Shown one piece after another: positions 53,213-64,000 of a DNA stretch of 64,000 bases. The translations under genes and the position numbers were made by a program. The stretch is from positions 1,426,001-1,490,000 of the forward strand of contig JBHGNT010000003.1 in NCBI GenBank assembly GCA_043228905.1, read 5' to 3'. The notes below the pieces were generated by a model, which saw only the letters and a list, made by a program, of their open reading frames with translations, was not told the origin of the DNA and did not search any database. The first letter of the stretch is position 1. Each line of letters opens with the position of its first letter. Source of the DNA: Azolla caroliniana (Eukaryota > Plantae > Polypodiophyta).

Positions 53213-55982
53213 TGTGTGTCCTTTGCCAATTCGGCAAGCAACATCGGCACCCATTTCCGAAGGAGCAGAACGTGAGCAAAGGTGTACTCGACGTAATTCA
53301 TTCCGATGTATGGGGTCCGGCTCAAACAACGACATTTGGCGGATGCCAATACTACGTGACCTTCATCGACGACTTCTCTAGGCACACTTGGATCTACCCG
53401 ATGCGGCAAAAGAGCGAAGTGTTCGGACACTTCCAAAAATTCAAGAATGAAGTTGAGAAAGCCACGGGCCAACATGTACGATGTCTTCGGTCGGATGGAG
53501 CCAATGAATATTTCTCGGATGAGTTTACAACGTATCTACGGAAAGAAGGAATTCAGCGAGAGTTTTCGTGTTGACATACGCCACAACAAAACGGAGTGGC
53601 CGAACGAAAGAATCGGCCCATCCTCGAAGTAGCACGGGCTATGATGAACGAAAAGCATGTGCTGAAGTTGTATTGGGCAGAAGCGGCTAACACAGCCGTA
53701 TACCTCATGAATCGGTGTACGACATCGGGTGTGCATGAACTTACTCCGCACGAGAAGTTTTTCGGAAAGAAGTCGGACCTATCACATGTTCGGATATTCG
53801 GCTCCATTGCGTACGTGCACATCCCCAATGAGAAGCGTCAAAAGCTTGACCCGAAGTCGGAGAAATGTATCCTCGTAGGATACTCACTGGAGCAAAAGGG
53901 GTACAAGTGCTACAACCCCTCAACTCAAAAATCTCGAGTAAGTCGAGACGTCGTTTTCGACAAGTCCGCATAGTGCTACGCACCAGAGACAACTTCGACT
54001 TTGATTCCGCTCGACCCGGATTCCGTCGAAATAGATATAGAAGCCGAAGATCGACTTACATGGATGTTCGAAGAAAGTCCGATCATGACCCGACTAAGCG
54101 GACCACAAGAGCCTCCGAGCGATCAAAGCACATCTCGACCGAGTCCGAAGCTAGACAAAGGGAAGGCAAAAATGCCGGAGTATGAAGACGATCATTTCGA
54201 CGACAACGAATTGACTCACTCCCTCGATAGTGAGTTTGAAGGCCTTGAGATCCGGACAAATGGAGCGGAGGAAGCCATAGTATCTGCAAACGAGAAGCTC
54301 TGCCGATCCACCCGTGAAAAGAACCCTGTAAGCCGATTCGGCTACAACGATTGTATGGCGTACCATTACGCCTTTATGATGAAGGTCGCAACAGTACGGG
54401 GGCCGGAAACCTTTTTCGAAACCGCGAAGGACTCGCGATGGATCGAATCAATGAACGAGGAGATGCATGCACTACGCAAGAACGACACATAGGATATCGT
54501 TACCCACTCACCACACAAGAAGGCGATAGGCTGCAGATGGATCTACAAGGTGAAGTATAATGCCGATGGCTCCGTCAATCGCTACAAAGCTCAACTCGTA
54601 GCAAAAGGATACGCGCAAACACATGGATTCGACTATGAAGAGACCTTTGCCCCAGTGGCAAAGATGACGACTGTGTGGACCATGATCACACTTGTAGCAG
54701 CGAAAGGGTGGCACCTCCACCAAATGGACGTAAAGAACGCCTTTCTTCAAGGTGAATTGTAAGAGGAGGTGTACATGGCTCAACCACCCAGATTCGAATC
54801 CAACATCCATCTGAAAGCTGTATGTCGACTCAAGAAGCCTCTCTACAGCCTCAAGCAAGCACCACGTGCTTGGCATTCGACGATTACGCAATATCTTCAT
54901 CAAATCGGCTTTCGAATGTCGAAATCCAACAACTCGCTCTATGTACGAAACAAGTCTAAAAGCCCAATTGTCATCATTCTATACGTGGATGATCTCGTTA
55001 TTGGAGGTGAGCATTTAGTCCACATCAACAAGGTGAAGTTCCTCCTCTCCAACAAATTCGAGATGAAGGACATGAAGGAGCTACACTACTTCCTAGGCAT
55101 CGAGGTGATTCAGAATCCGGCCGGCATTATGATCTCTCAACGGCACTACATTCTTAACTTGTTATACAAGTTCGGGATGACAGAGTGCAAATCAATCGCC
55201 GACTACGGCACGAACGAGTGCGATCTGACTCAATATCGACAACTGATCGGGAGTTTCATCTATCACACGACCCAACCTTAGCTATCCGGTCGGACTCCTT
55301 AGCCAATTCATGCAAACTCCGCGAGATATCCATTTCGATTGCGCTACGCGAGTATTACAATATGTGAGCGGAACAATGGATTACGACCTTCTCTACAAAT
55401 CGGGTGACACCAATACTACTCGAAGGATACACGGACGCAGATTGGACTGGCTACAAAGCCGATCGATGATCAACCTCCGGATTCGTCTTCTCCCTCGGCA
55501 GTGGAGCGATTTCATGGAGTAGCAAGAAGCAGCCTACCGTCGCTCTTTCGAGTACGAAGGCAGAATACAGGGGCGCAACCATAGCTGCATGTGAAGCCGT
55601 ATGGTTTTAGAGGATTTTGAAGGATCTGAGCATTCCCATCAAGGATCCGACTCCCCTTTACTGCGACAACATGAGAAGTATTTATTTGGCTCAGAACCCG
55701 GTGTTCTACGCACGCACAAAGCATATCGAAATGCACTATCACTTCATTCGAGAGCATGTTTAGGCTGAAGATGTTGACCTTCTACACATCAACACAAATC
55801 TTCAAACGACCAACATCTTCACGAAAGCCCTAGGAGCCGACAAGCTTCACCAATTCATGTCAGACCTTGGATTGATGATCCCTGACTTGCCAAGCTTGAG
55901 GGGGAGTACACGCGAGAACCAAATACCAGCCGATGCGAACATCGATTGATAGGAGCCGACCCGAGTTGAGCTTGAGGGGGCG

Positions 55983-56447
55983 TGTTGAGAATCAAGCTTG
56001 ACAACATAGAGCAACGTGTGAACACAACTTTTGAGAATCTATGATTACTCAAAGGTCAAGAGTCACACCACCACTCTCTACACATTAAACTATGTGTCAT
56101 AGATTCATATTCTATGACACATAACTAATGGTTCCACATTCCCCATGACCGTAAGACTTCACATTCCTCAAGGCTCTAGTGAGAGAGTGAACATTGTAGT
56201 GAGTAAATGAAGAGAGAGGGTGACTCTATATAAAGCACCCTCCTACTCCATATTAAGTCGGTTGTGACTCCTTGTAACGCTATTTTGTATCTCATATTCT
56301 ACTTGTTAATATACATCTCCTTCTTCTTGAGTACTTCATATTGTCTCTTATCTATCTTGTGTTTCTCTCCTCTCCTCTCTTCTCTCACACATACACACAT
56401 AACTCACATCTCTTCTGCTTCACAAGAATCACCATCGATTCTTTACA
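55983..56447 (+). repeat. 3' LTR of copia B
   Basis: Matches the 5' LTR; follows the PPT; followed by TSD CTCAT. Confidence 0.97.
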
Positions 56448-56676
56448 CTCATGAACTGCCTAACTACTCCGACTGTGTAACCGATGTCCGGCTGGGTGCA
56501 CACCATCACATACATCAGGCTTCCGATTGCAGAGGCATATGGTATCTTCGTCATATCCGAATTCTCTGCCTTTCTCTTCGGGCTTTGCTTTTTGAACAAC
56601 CTGCAATTTTCCAGAAGTGTCGATCCGACTAGTTTCGCCTCTGACGTGTTGAACCTTTGGAGTACCTTTGTCACGT

Positions 56677-57097
56677 TATCGCGATATTTCGCAAGTACGT
56701 GTAGGATCCGAGGCGGGACCACGGGGGTCTTGGACTAGGGAGTAGAGGAAAAGGAATAAGACACAAAATGGAAGCTTAGCTCAAGAGGAGAAGAGGAAGA
56801 GTATCACATAAACATAGAGTAGAATAGATGGAGTCAAGATACACCCACAAGACATGTTATATTAAGAGTTTACAAAGATTACAACCAAGGCCGCATAGGC
56901 CGCACCCCAAAATGACTACAAGAAAACCCTAACCGGATAAGCAAGCAAAGAAGCATAGAAACCCTAAAGAACCCAAGAAGAAAACCCTAGAAGAAACCCT
57001 AAAACCGAATAGAACCCCTCGACCTATTCCACCCCGGTTTCACACTATAGCCCTATTCCACCCCGGTTTCACACTATAGCCGGAAATCTTCACGACA
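56677..57097 (-). mobile_element. solo LTR D inserted in the RT of copia A
   Basis: Minus-strand start TGTCGTGAAGATTTC; other end reads TATCGCGATATTTC (TG>TA); ACGT duplicated at 56673-56676 and 57098-57101; internal 28-bp direct repeat at ~57024-57079. Confidence 0.85.
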
Positions 57098-58612
57098 ACG
57101 TACTTCTCTTGTGACAACCACAACAGCTTCTTCGACCGGTCCCGGATGATGTGCATTCTCAATATTTGTCTTGTCGGACCCAAGTTTTTCATTGAGAAGG
57201 TCCAGTTCAGAGCTTTCATCAACATCTGAATCTTGCCTTGGTCTCGTCCAACGATCAACATATCATCCACATATAGGAGAAGTATCAAGAAATCTCCTCC
57301 GTTAAATTTCTTCACAAACACGCAATGATCGGCCTGCGTCTTGTGGTACCCTTGGTCGGTCATGAAGGAGTCGAACTTCCGGTACCATTGCCGGGGGGCT
57401 TGCTTCAATTGGTATAAGCTCTTTAGATTCAGCCGGCACACCAGGTGCTCCTTCCCTTTCTTCTCAAATCCTTCCAGTTGATGCATGTAGATCTCTTCTT
57501 CGAGGTTTCCATGTAGGAATGTCGTCTTGACGTCCAGTTGCTCTACCTCGAGGTCCATGCTTGCCACTATGCTCAATACCGTCCGGATGGATGTCATCTT
57601 TACTACCGGGGTAAAGATCTCATCGAAGTCCACTCCTTTTTTCTGCTGGAAACCCTTCACTACAATTCGGGCTTTGTATCTCGGCGGGTTTCCGGCATCT
57701 CCCGGTTTCAGCTTGTACACCCACTTGTTCCGGAGTGCTCTCTTCCCTTTAGGCAACTCCGTCAGCTCATATGTGTGGTTCTCATGCAGGGAATCCATCT
57801 CATCGTGCGTGGCACTCAACCACTTCAGGATATGGGTGTCTCTCTTTGCTTCTTCGAAGCTTTCTGGCTCCCCCTCATCGGTTAGCAACACATGCTCTAC
57901 ATCCAGAAATCTCCTGGGGGCTCTTCTCTCTCGGAGAGGATATCTCCGTCCTTGGTTTTTGACTACCGGTTCCTCCGTTTGTTCCTCATCTGAATCTGAT
58001 TTAGGATCTTTTTCGGTTCCGGTATCTCCTTCTTCTTCTTCTTCTTCGGTCTTTTAGGTTTCTTGTTCGTATCCGGCCGGTTCGTCGAGTGTCATCCAGT
58101 TATCAGCTAACATCCGGTTGTCAACCGGGTAAGTCCTTGTGTCCTCAAACCTGTTTTCATTGGATGATCTGGAGTTCATCATCTTCTTCTCCGACTCCCA
58201 GTCGGCAATGGTCATGTCTTTCATGAAGACTATGTCCCAACTTTGGAACACTTTCTTGTCAACCAGATCCCATACCCAGTAATTGAACTCATCATCGTTG
58301 TATCCAAGGAATATGCAGGGCCTAGACGATCCAACTTTGCTCTCTTGTCCTTTGCAACATGCACATATGCAAGACACCCGAACACCTTCAGATGCTGGTA
58401 AGATACATCTTTACCGGTCCATACTTTCTGAGGTGAGTCTCCTTCCAAAAGTGCTGAGGGTGATCTATTTATCACATAGGTCGCCGTCATCATCGCCTCA
58501 ACCCAAAACGTCTTGGGTAACTTGGCATGTGCAAGCATGCTTTGGACTCTCTGCATTATGGTCTGGTTCATCCTTTCGGCCAACCAGTTTAGTTCCGGCG
58601 TCTTCAGCACGG

Positions 58613-59254
58613 TGTCGAGGTATTCCTCGCGGATGCGTGGAATGAGGCGGGACCTCGGGGGTCCTGTACCGAAGAGCAAGAGAGAAAGGAGAAGAGACCC
58701 ACTACGTGCGAGAGTAGATTCACAGGGACACGGCCCTTCGACACAAAGACGCGAGTGGGACAGCGACACAGAGAGACACGAATGTATGTATGTATTAATA
58801 AAGACAGACAACAAAACACGAGGTCGGTTACAACCGAACAGGCCGGCGAACAGATGTCGATACCTGTTCATAAACGCACAGAAAGGAAGGAGTAGGTTGG
58901 AGGTGCTGCCGGAAGCACTCGGGCATTCCTCAGAGCAGCGCGAGCCTCCCGAAACCTGCACAGAAGGAAGCTGTGGAGTTTGCGAACCAGAGAGAGAGAG
59001 AAGCCTTCGCACGCAAACCGACAGCACTTCGTCCTCGATTCTCCGTGATCCCCTATTCCCCTCCTCGTCTCCCTCCTTTTATAGGCAAGGAAGGAGCCGT
59101 TTCCTATTAACTTCCTACCTACCGAATCTACCTACCTAGGATCTCCCATGTCCCTAATTCTCTCCTATGTACAACACAAGGCATACGTGCATGAAGGGCC
59201 GGTTCCTACGCTCCGGTGCACCGATTCCGCTTGTGGACGGTTTTCTTCACGACA
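58613..59254 (-). repeat. 3' LTR of gypsy E
   Basis: Minus strand TGTCGTGAAGAAAAC...CCTCGACA right after the PPT; CTATAAAA at ~59077-59084. Confidence 0.88.
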
Positions 59255-59327
59255 TCCGCCCCCACCTAACCGCGCATCCACCGGCATGCGCCAAATTGTG
59301 TTGGGACGGAGAAAACCGGTCCAGCCT

Positions 59328-62300
59328 TCATTCTCCGCTCGTCGGTTCTTCCTCGGTTTCGGATCGTTCGTCGTCGCGGTTCAGGTCAACCGGATCCGGC
59401 TCGTCGTCGTGACGCTTCTTGAACGCTTTGTTCCGCTTCCCAGCTACCGGTATCGCCATTCTCGTGCCGTCGAGTTCTGCCAGATGGTATGTCCCGTTGT
59501 CGTTGGCGCTTTGTCGAGGCCCGAACCACCTTCTTGCGAACTTCCGTGTCGCTTGGTGCTGGTTGTCGAGGCTGCTGTCGTAGACTAGCACCCAGTCGCC
59601 TTCCTCGATCTTCTTCGGTCGGAGCCGGTGCGTCCGGTCGAACTAGGCTTTGTTCCTCGTCCCGGCCACCCGAAGCTTTTCCGCAGCCTGCTCCACGTCC
59701 TCCGGTCTTCACTCGAGCTATCGTATGCGCGCCGTCAACAGTTCTTCCCGGCTCATCTCGTCTCTCCAGTCCACGGTTGCCCATGAGGAGATCGTACGTT
59801 CCATCGGCATGATCGGCTTCTGCCCAAACATGAGCTCTGCCGGCATGAATCCGGTTACCGAACTGTGTGTAGTTCGGTCAGCCCACAACGCGTAGGGCAG
59901 CAGCCGTGGCCAGTTCCCGACTTGCCCTCCGCATGCCCGAACTAACGCCTTGACGATCGGTCCGTGTCCACGCTCCACCTTCCCATTCGCCTCTGGATTG
60001 TATGCAGTGGTAAGCGAGAGCTTGACTCCTAGTCGGTCGAACAGCTCCTCGGCCTCTTCGGCGTCCAACTCCCCGCGATCAGCCACGATCTTCCCGACGC
60101 ACCCGTACCGGCATATCACGTCCTCAATCAGGAACCGACATACGACTACAGTCGTTTTGTTCTGAAGGGCTCGGCCTTCCACCTGGTTCGTCAGATATTC
60201 CCGAGCCAGGACCAGATACCGCATCTGTCCTACTCCCATCGGCATCGTCACCAGGTCTACCATCCATTTGAAGTGGATGGTCGGAGGGTACGTAGGGTGA
60301 AGCTCGTCCCGGTGTCGGACTACGGAGTGCATCTGACAGCTCTCGCAAGTTGTCACGAACCGATGCACGTCCCAGTACAGTCCCAGCCACCAGTACTTCC
60401 CCTTTATCTTCTCAAACGTGGCCCACGTTCCACGGTGTCCAGCCCAAGGGCTGTCGTGGTAGGCCGTCAGCAGCTCCTCCTGTTCTTCATTCATTGCCAC
60501 CACCCGGAGCGGGACGCCGTTCCTCTTCTTTGGGTGCTTCCATAAGTGTCCGTCCCGGAGGAAGAATCGGTATGCTTTCTTCCGGATCCGGTTGGCCTTG
60601 TCCCTCGTCCACGACGCATCCGGCGTCATTGTCCTCAAAAATCCACCGATCTGGAGCCACTCGCCGTCGTACTTGCTCTCGTCAAAGTCGTTAAGTGCCG
60701 GAGTGCTCGTCCCATCGGTCGTCACGTACGCTGCATCGAAGAAGTCCACGCCGACTTCTTCGTCCTTCGAAACCATGCCGCCGTCATCAAACCTCGCCCT
60801 CGAAAGCATGTCGGCCATGGCGTTGTCCTTTCCGGAAATGTGCCGTATTTCCGGGTCCAGGGACTTGATGTACGCTATCCACCTGAGCATCGCCAGGTCC
60901 GGCGTCGCGCATCCGGAAACCATGCCGAGAATTGGAAGGCAATCCGTCTCGATAATCACTTCCGACCCGATCAGGTAGTCTTTGTCGGCCTTTACTGCCG
61001 AAACGATACGCCAAAGTTCGCGTTTAACCTGGGCGTACCCTCGCTGTCGCTCACTGAGGACCTTAGCACCGAATCGGATCGGGAACCGGGTGCCGTCCTC
61101 GTCTTCTTGGTTGACGACCCATCCAATCCCGGTCGGGCTCGTATCCACCGTTATGTATACCGGGGTATCCTTCTCGTAGACAGCCTTTCGAAGCGCCGGT
61201 GCCGCCGCAAGAGCTTCCTTCAGCTTCCGGACCGACTCCGTGTGCTCGTCTCGCCACTCGAATCTTCGCCCTTTCTTCAGCAACCCGTATAGCGGCTCCG
61301 CAACGTGGGCGTAATGTGGGATCCATATGTGGTAGAATGCGCATGCCCCCAGGAACCTCCGAACTTCCATAACCGAGCTGTAGCCGGCCTTCATCGCGGA
61401 GATGGCTTCTACCTTTGCCGGAGACGGCTTCCGGCCATATGGTCCACATAGGTGTCCGACCACCAAGATTTCTGATTGCCCGAAGGCCGATTTCTCCCCG
61501 GAGAAGGTGAGCCTCGCATTCTCTAGCCTTTGTAGCACCTTCTCGCAGTCGTCGATGTGTGCTGCCACGAATCGCCGGCATCCGTCCGATCCGAGTGTTG
61601 CGTCCTTCTCTTCCACCGGGCACCCTTTGATAGGGATGTCGTCTAGAAACGGCATGGTGATGTCCGGGATGCAATCCCTCAGTACCTTGTTCATTGCATT
61701 CACCATGTGGGCCACCGAGTTGGTCCCTCCTTGCGGCAGGGTACACATTCGCACTAGGCCGAGGGGAGTTCGCATCGTCGTAATGTCTCTGCTCTCCACG
61801 GCCAATTGGAACTGGTCGTACCCCGAGTATAGATCACCATACGAGTAAATCGACCTTCCGACGAAGGCCTCCGCGAACTTGTCTATGGTCGGTCCGATTC
61901 CTGCGTTCCGAATGGTCACTCTGTTGACCGGCTGTAGGTCTTGAATGAAGCGCATCGTTCCGTTTTTCTTTGGTACGGTAAACCATCGGTTCGAGTATGG
62001 CGCACTTGACGGTTCGAGAATGCCCATATCTACTTTCTGCTTCAATAGCTTCATCAACTTCGGGATGTGAGCTCTCGGTACCGGAATCGGCTTGAGATTC
62101 CATGACACATGCGGTACTGTGAATATCACCATCGGCTCCACGATCGTCGGGTCTACGCACCCGATCTCTTCCTGTGAGAATGCGAAGGCTTTCCCGTGCC
62201 TTCCGAGCATTCTACGAAACCGATCTTCCTCCATCGGTAGTAGGAACCCGCCCCCACCGATCTTGAGCTCTCGGAGCGTCCCGTCGGTGAAGGTGTGTCC

Positions 62301-62792
62301 TATGTAGGCCGGATCTCGTAAACTGGGGTCCGACGCAACCCCTCTGATTCGGGACTCGCTGCCCTTCGGTAAGGGTGCCGCGACGGGCCTTACCTTCCGG
62401 TCCACAGTCTTGTACTTCGTGCTAACTCGGGCCGTCCGATCCGACCCGAGCCCCCGACTGAAGTTCGCGATGACTTCGTACATCTCTTCGGAACATACCG
62501 GTATCGTCCGGTCCTCGTTAAGGTCTTCTCCGGCAACCTTCCTCAGCATCCCCAAGGTGTCGTCGAAGGAGACCGCCTCCACGGCCCCGCTGATTTCCTC
62601 GTCCGGGCCGAGAACTCCGCACGCTCGAAGTCGCACTTCCGCCCTTGTCTTTTCTCGGCCAACGATGCCGACTATCATACACCCTCCGTTGTCGGAGAAG
62701 CAAAATCTCCTACCTATCGTACAGTCGTGGGGTCTTTCCCAAGTGTCCGGACTGTCTCGGCCCCACGCCTTGGCAGCCCTCTCTAAAAATCC
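59328..62792 (-). pseudogene. pol: RT-RNaseH-integrase frame of gypsy E
   Basis: 986-aa ORF 62678-59718; frame open upstream to ~62792; premature stops in the integrase C-terminal part. Confidence 0.9.
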
Positions 62793-64000
62793 TCCCGGTT
62801 CTCGCCACCGAGGGATTCGCGGTTTCGCTCGTGGTTCGGTCGCACCGTCAGAAATTGGACCGAATGGCGCCCGTCCTGGCTTTTGACCCTCGCGTAGGCC
62901 GAACCGTTGTCTAGCACCTTGGTCTCCATTCTCGCCGTCGTGATGTATGGTTCCCCTAATATGACCGGATGCGAGGACGTCTCCTGTACAAAGAAGTGCT
63001 GGTCAATCTCGACGTCGCCGATCTTTACTCGCACATTCGGGCAGGCCCCGTGCAGTTCCTCGGTGGCGCGCGTCGCTGCCCGTATCTTCCACCCGTGCCT
63101 GGTGTTGATCGGCCACTTTCCCTTCTTATAGAAGTCCATGGACATTAGGTTAATTTCTGAACCGTGGTCCACCAATGCCACCACCGGTTCCTGAACATCT
63201 CCGATCTTTACCGGGGTCTCCGTGGTCGCTCGGGCCCAGTGTGGCCTCGAATAGTGGCTCTCCACCCACTCGTCTTCCATCACCATGTCGTCGATGTGCG
63301 TCGTCCGCACCTCCACCGGTCTTTCCAGTTCCGTCTCCGTCGACAGCCTCTTCCGTTTCACTAGGTCCACAATGGAGTCGTGGAACTCCTTCTTGGCGAT
63401 CCCTTGCACCTCCCGCAATGACAGCTCCACTTTGCTGTCAAGGATCCGTTCTTCTAGGACCTTTCGTAGGTCCATAGTCCTTTCTATTTCCGTCCCCAGT
63501 CGGTATCCGCCCTTCCTGGGGTTATCTTGCGAGCCGGACCCACCGGCATCGTTCCGTCGTTGCCCGAATCGGGTCTCGTACCGTTATGAGGGCCCGGCCG
63601 CTCCGGCTTTCCCCACTCGCTTGTCTTCTACTAGAGCCTCGTAGTTCCGGCAGGCCGCTTCTACGAAGCCCGTCTTCTCCTCCACCGGATCGCTCCACCC
63701 GGTTATTTCCCAGACCCGTCTCTCAGCGCGGTCCATTTCGTCTTTCCTTAGCCGTGCGCCGGCAAGACCTTCCAGCATTGCCGACCAGAATCCGTCTTTG
63801 CCCTCCTTTCGGGCCTCGCTGCCCCCGACCCGAATGCCGTCCGACGCCGAGTAGTGGATGGCCTCCACGTGTTGGGCCGCTGCCTCTTCCATCAGTCTCT
63901 TCATACCTCCTCGTCCGTCGCTTCGGTTTAGGGCCCTTCTGGTGTCGCCGGCGTGCACCCGGCCTTCCCACAGGTACACCACCCGATTCCTCAACGCTTC
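62783..64000 (-). pseudogene. gag-protease frame of gypsy E
   Basis: ORFs 63994-63584 and 63475-62783 share one frame, split by a single TAA; aspartic protease motifs VDHGS and VILGEPY. Confidence 0.85.

Larger units (their letters stand above)
50975..55910 (+). pseudogene. gag-pol of copia B, disrupted
   Basis: gag 50975-~51900 with CGYCGKVGHHEEEC; frameshift near 51905; many premature stops; interrupted by solo LTR C inside the integrase HHCC motif. Confidence 0.9.
50335..56447 (+). mobile_element. full-length Ty1/copia element B inserted in A
   Basis: Paired LTRs 50335-50802 and 55983-56447; TSD CTCAT on both sides; PBS; gag, protease WFVDSGASSHM, integrase, RT (ILYVDDL), RNase H; PPT GAGGGGGCG. 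Confidence 0.98.
49230..58612 (-). mobile_element. Ty1/copia element A (Tnt1/Tork-like), host of the nest; 5' part lies beyond the gypsy insertion
   Basis: Integrase (TPELNWLAERMN, HLKVFGC, ~58050-58612); RT (RYKARIVVKGF, QLDVKT, LLYVDDML, 57102-57891); RT end 56453-56672; RNase H (FTDSDM, ALSTTEA, HIQRRYHWIRE, 49756-50334); PPT GAAGGGGGAG. The frame rejoins across the insertions (QEKYV|TKVLQRF, VRQFM|SNPGKEHW). Confidence 0.93.
58613..64000 (-). mobile_element. Ty3/gypsy element E inserted in the integrase of copia A; continues beyond the window
   Basis: gag-linked region and protease ALVDHGSEINLM (62783-64000); RT (FIQDLQPVN, DLYSGYDQF, LPQGGTNS, PFLDD); RNase H; integrase (HDSPWAGH..CESC, ADRGE, NGKVERG, WFGP); PPT AGGTGGGGGCGGA; 3' LTR. 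Confidence 0.96.

Noticed and set aside
58230-59139. 265-aa and 208-aa ORFs
   Set aside because: Chimeric readthrough across the gypsy E LTR and copia A integrase junction.
59148-63971. Many long antisense and alternate-frame ORFs
   Set aside because: Shadows of GC-rich gypsy coding sequence with no domain motifs.

Overview
Eukaryotic nuclear DNA from a land plant, probably a non-seed plant such as a fern (inferred from gene and TE character). There are four intact intron-containing genes: a GDAP2-like macro/CRAL-TRIO gene (-, 4332-10406), Toc75 (-, 14437-19844), a PDS5-like cohesin factor with a Tudor domain (+, 21994-36847) and an uncharacterised plant protein with two PDZ-like segments (-, 39236-~45230). 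The window opens in a Ty3/gypsy element (1-~3880). It ends in a three-level nest of five LTR insertions (49230-64000) whose order can be read from target-site duplications (TSDs). Introns and intergenic DNA carry hAT-type MITEs, LTRs, a LINE relic and many short tandem duplications. No prokaryotic-type system, CRISPR array, tRNA or rRNA gene is visible. The best leads are: a candidate -1 frameshift between protease and RT in an atypical gypsy lineage; a repeat-filled LTR 138 bp upstream of the GDAP2 start; and the PDZ-like protein. Exon models were read by hand and homologies are recalled from family motifs, not from searches.
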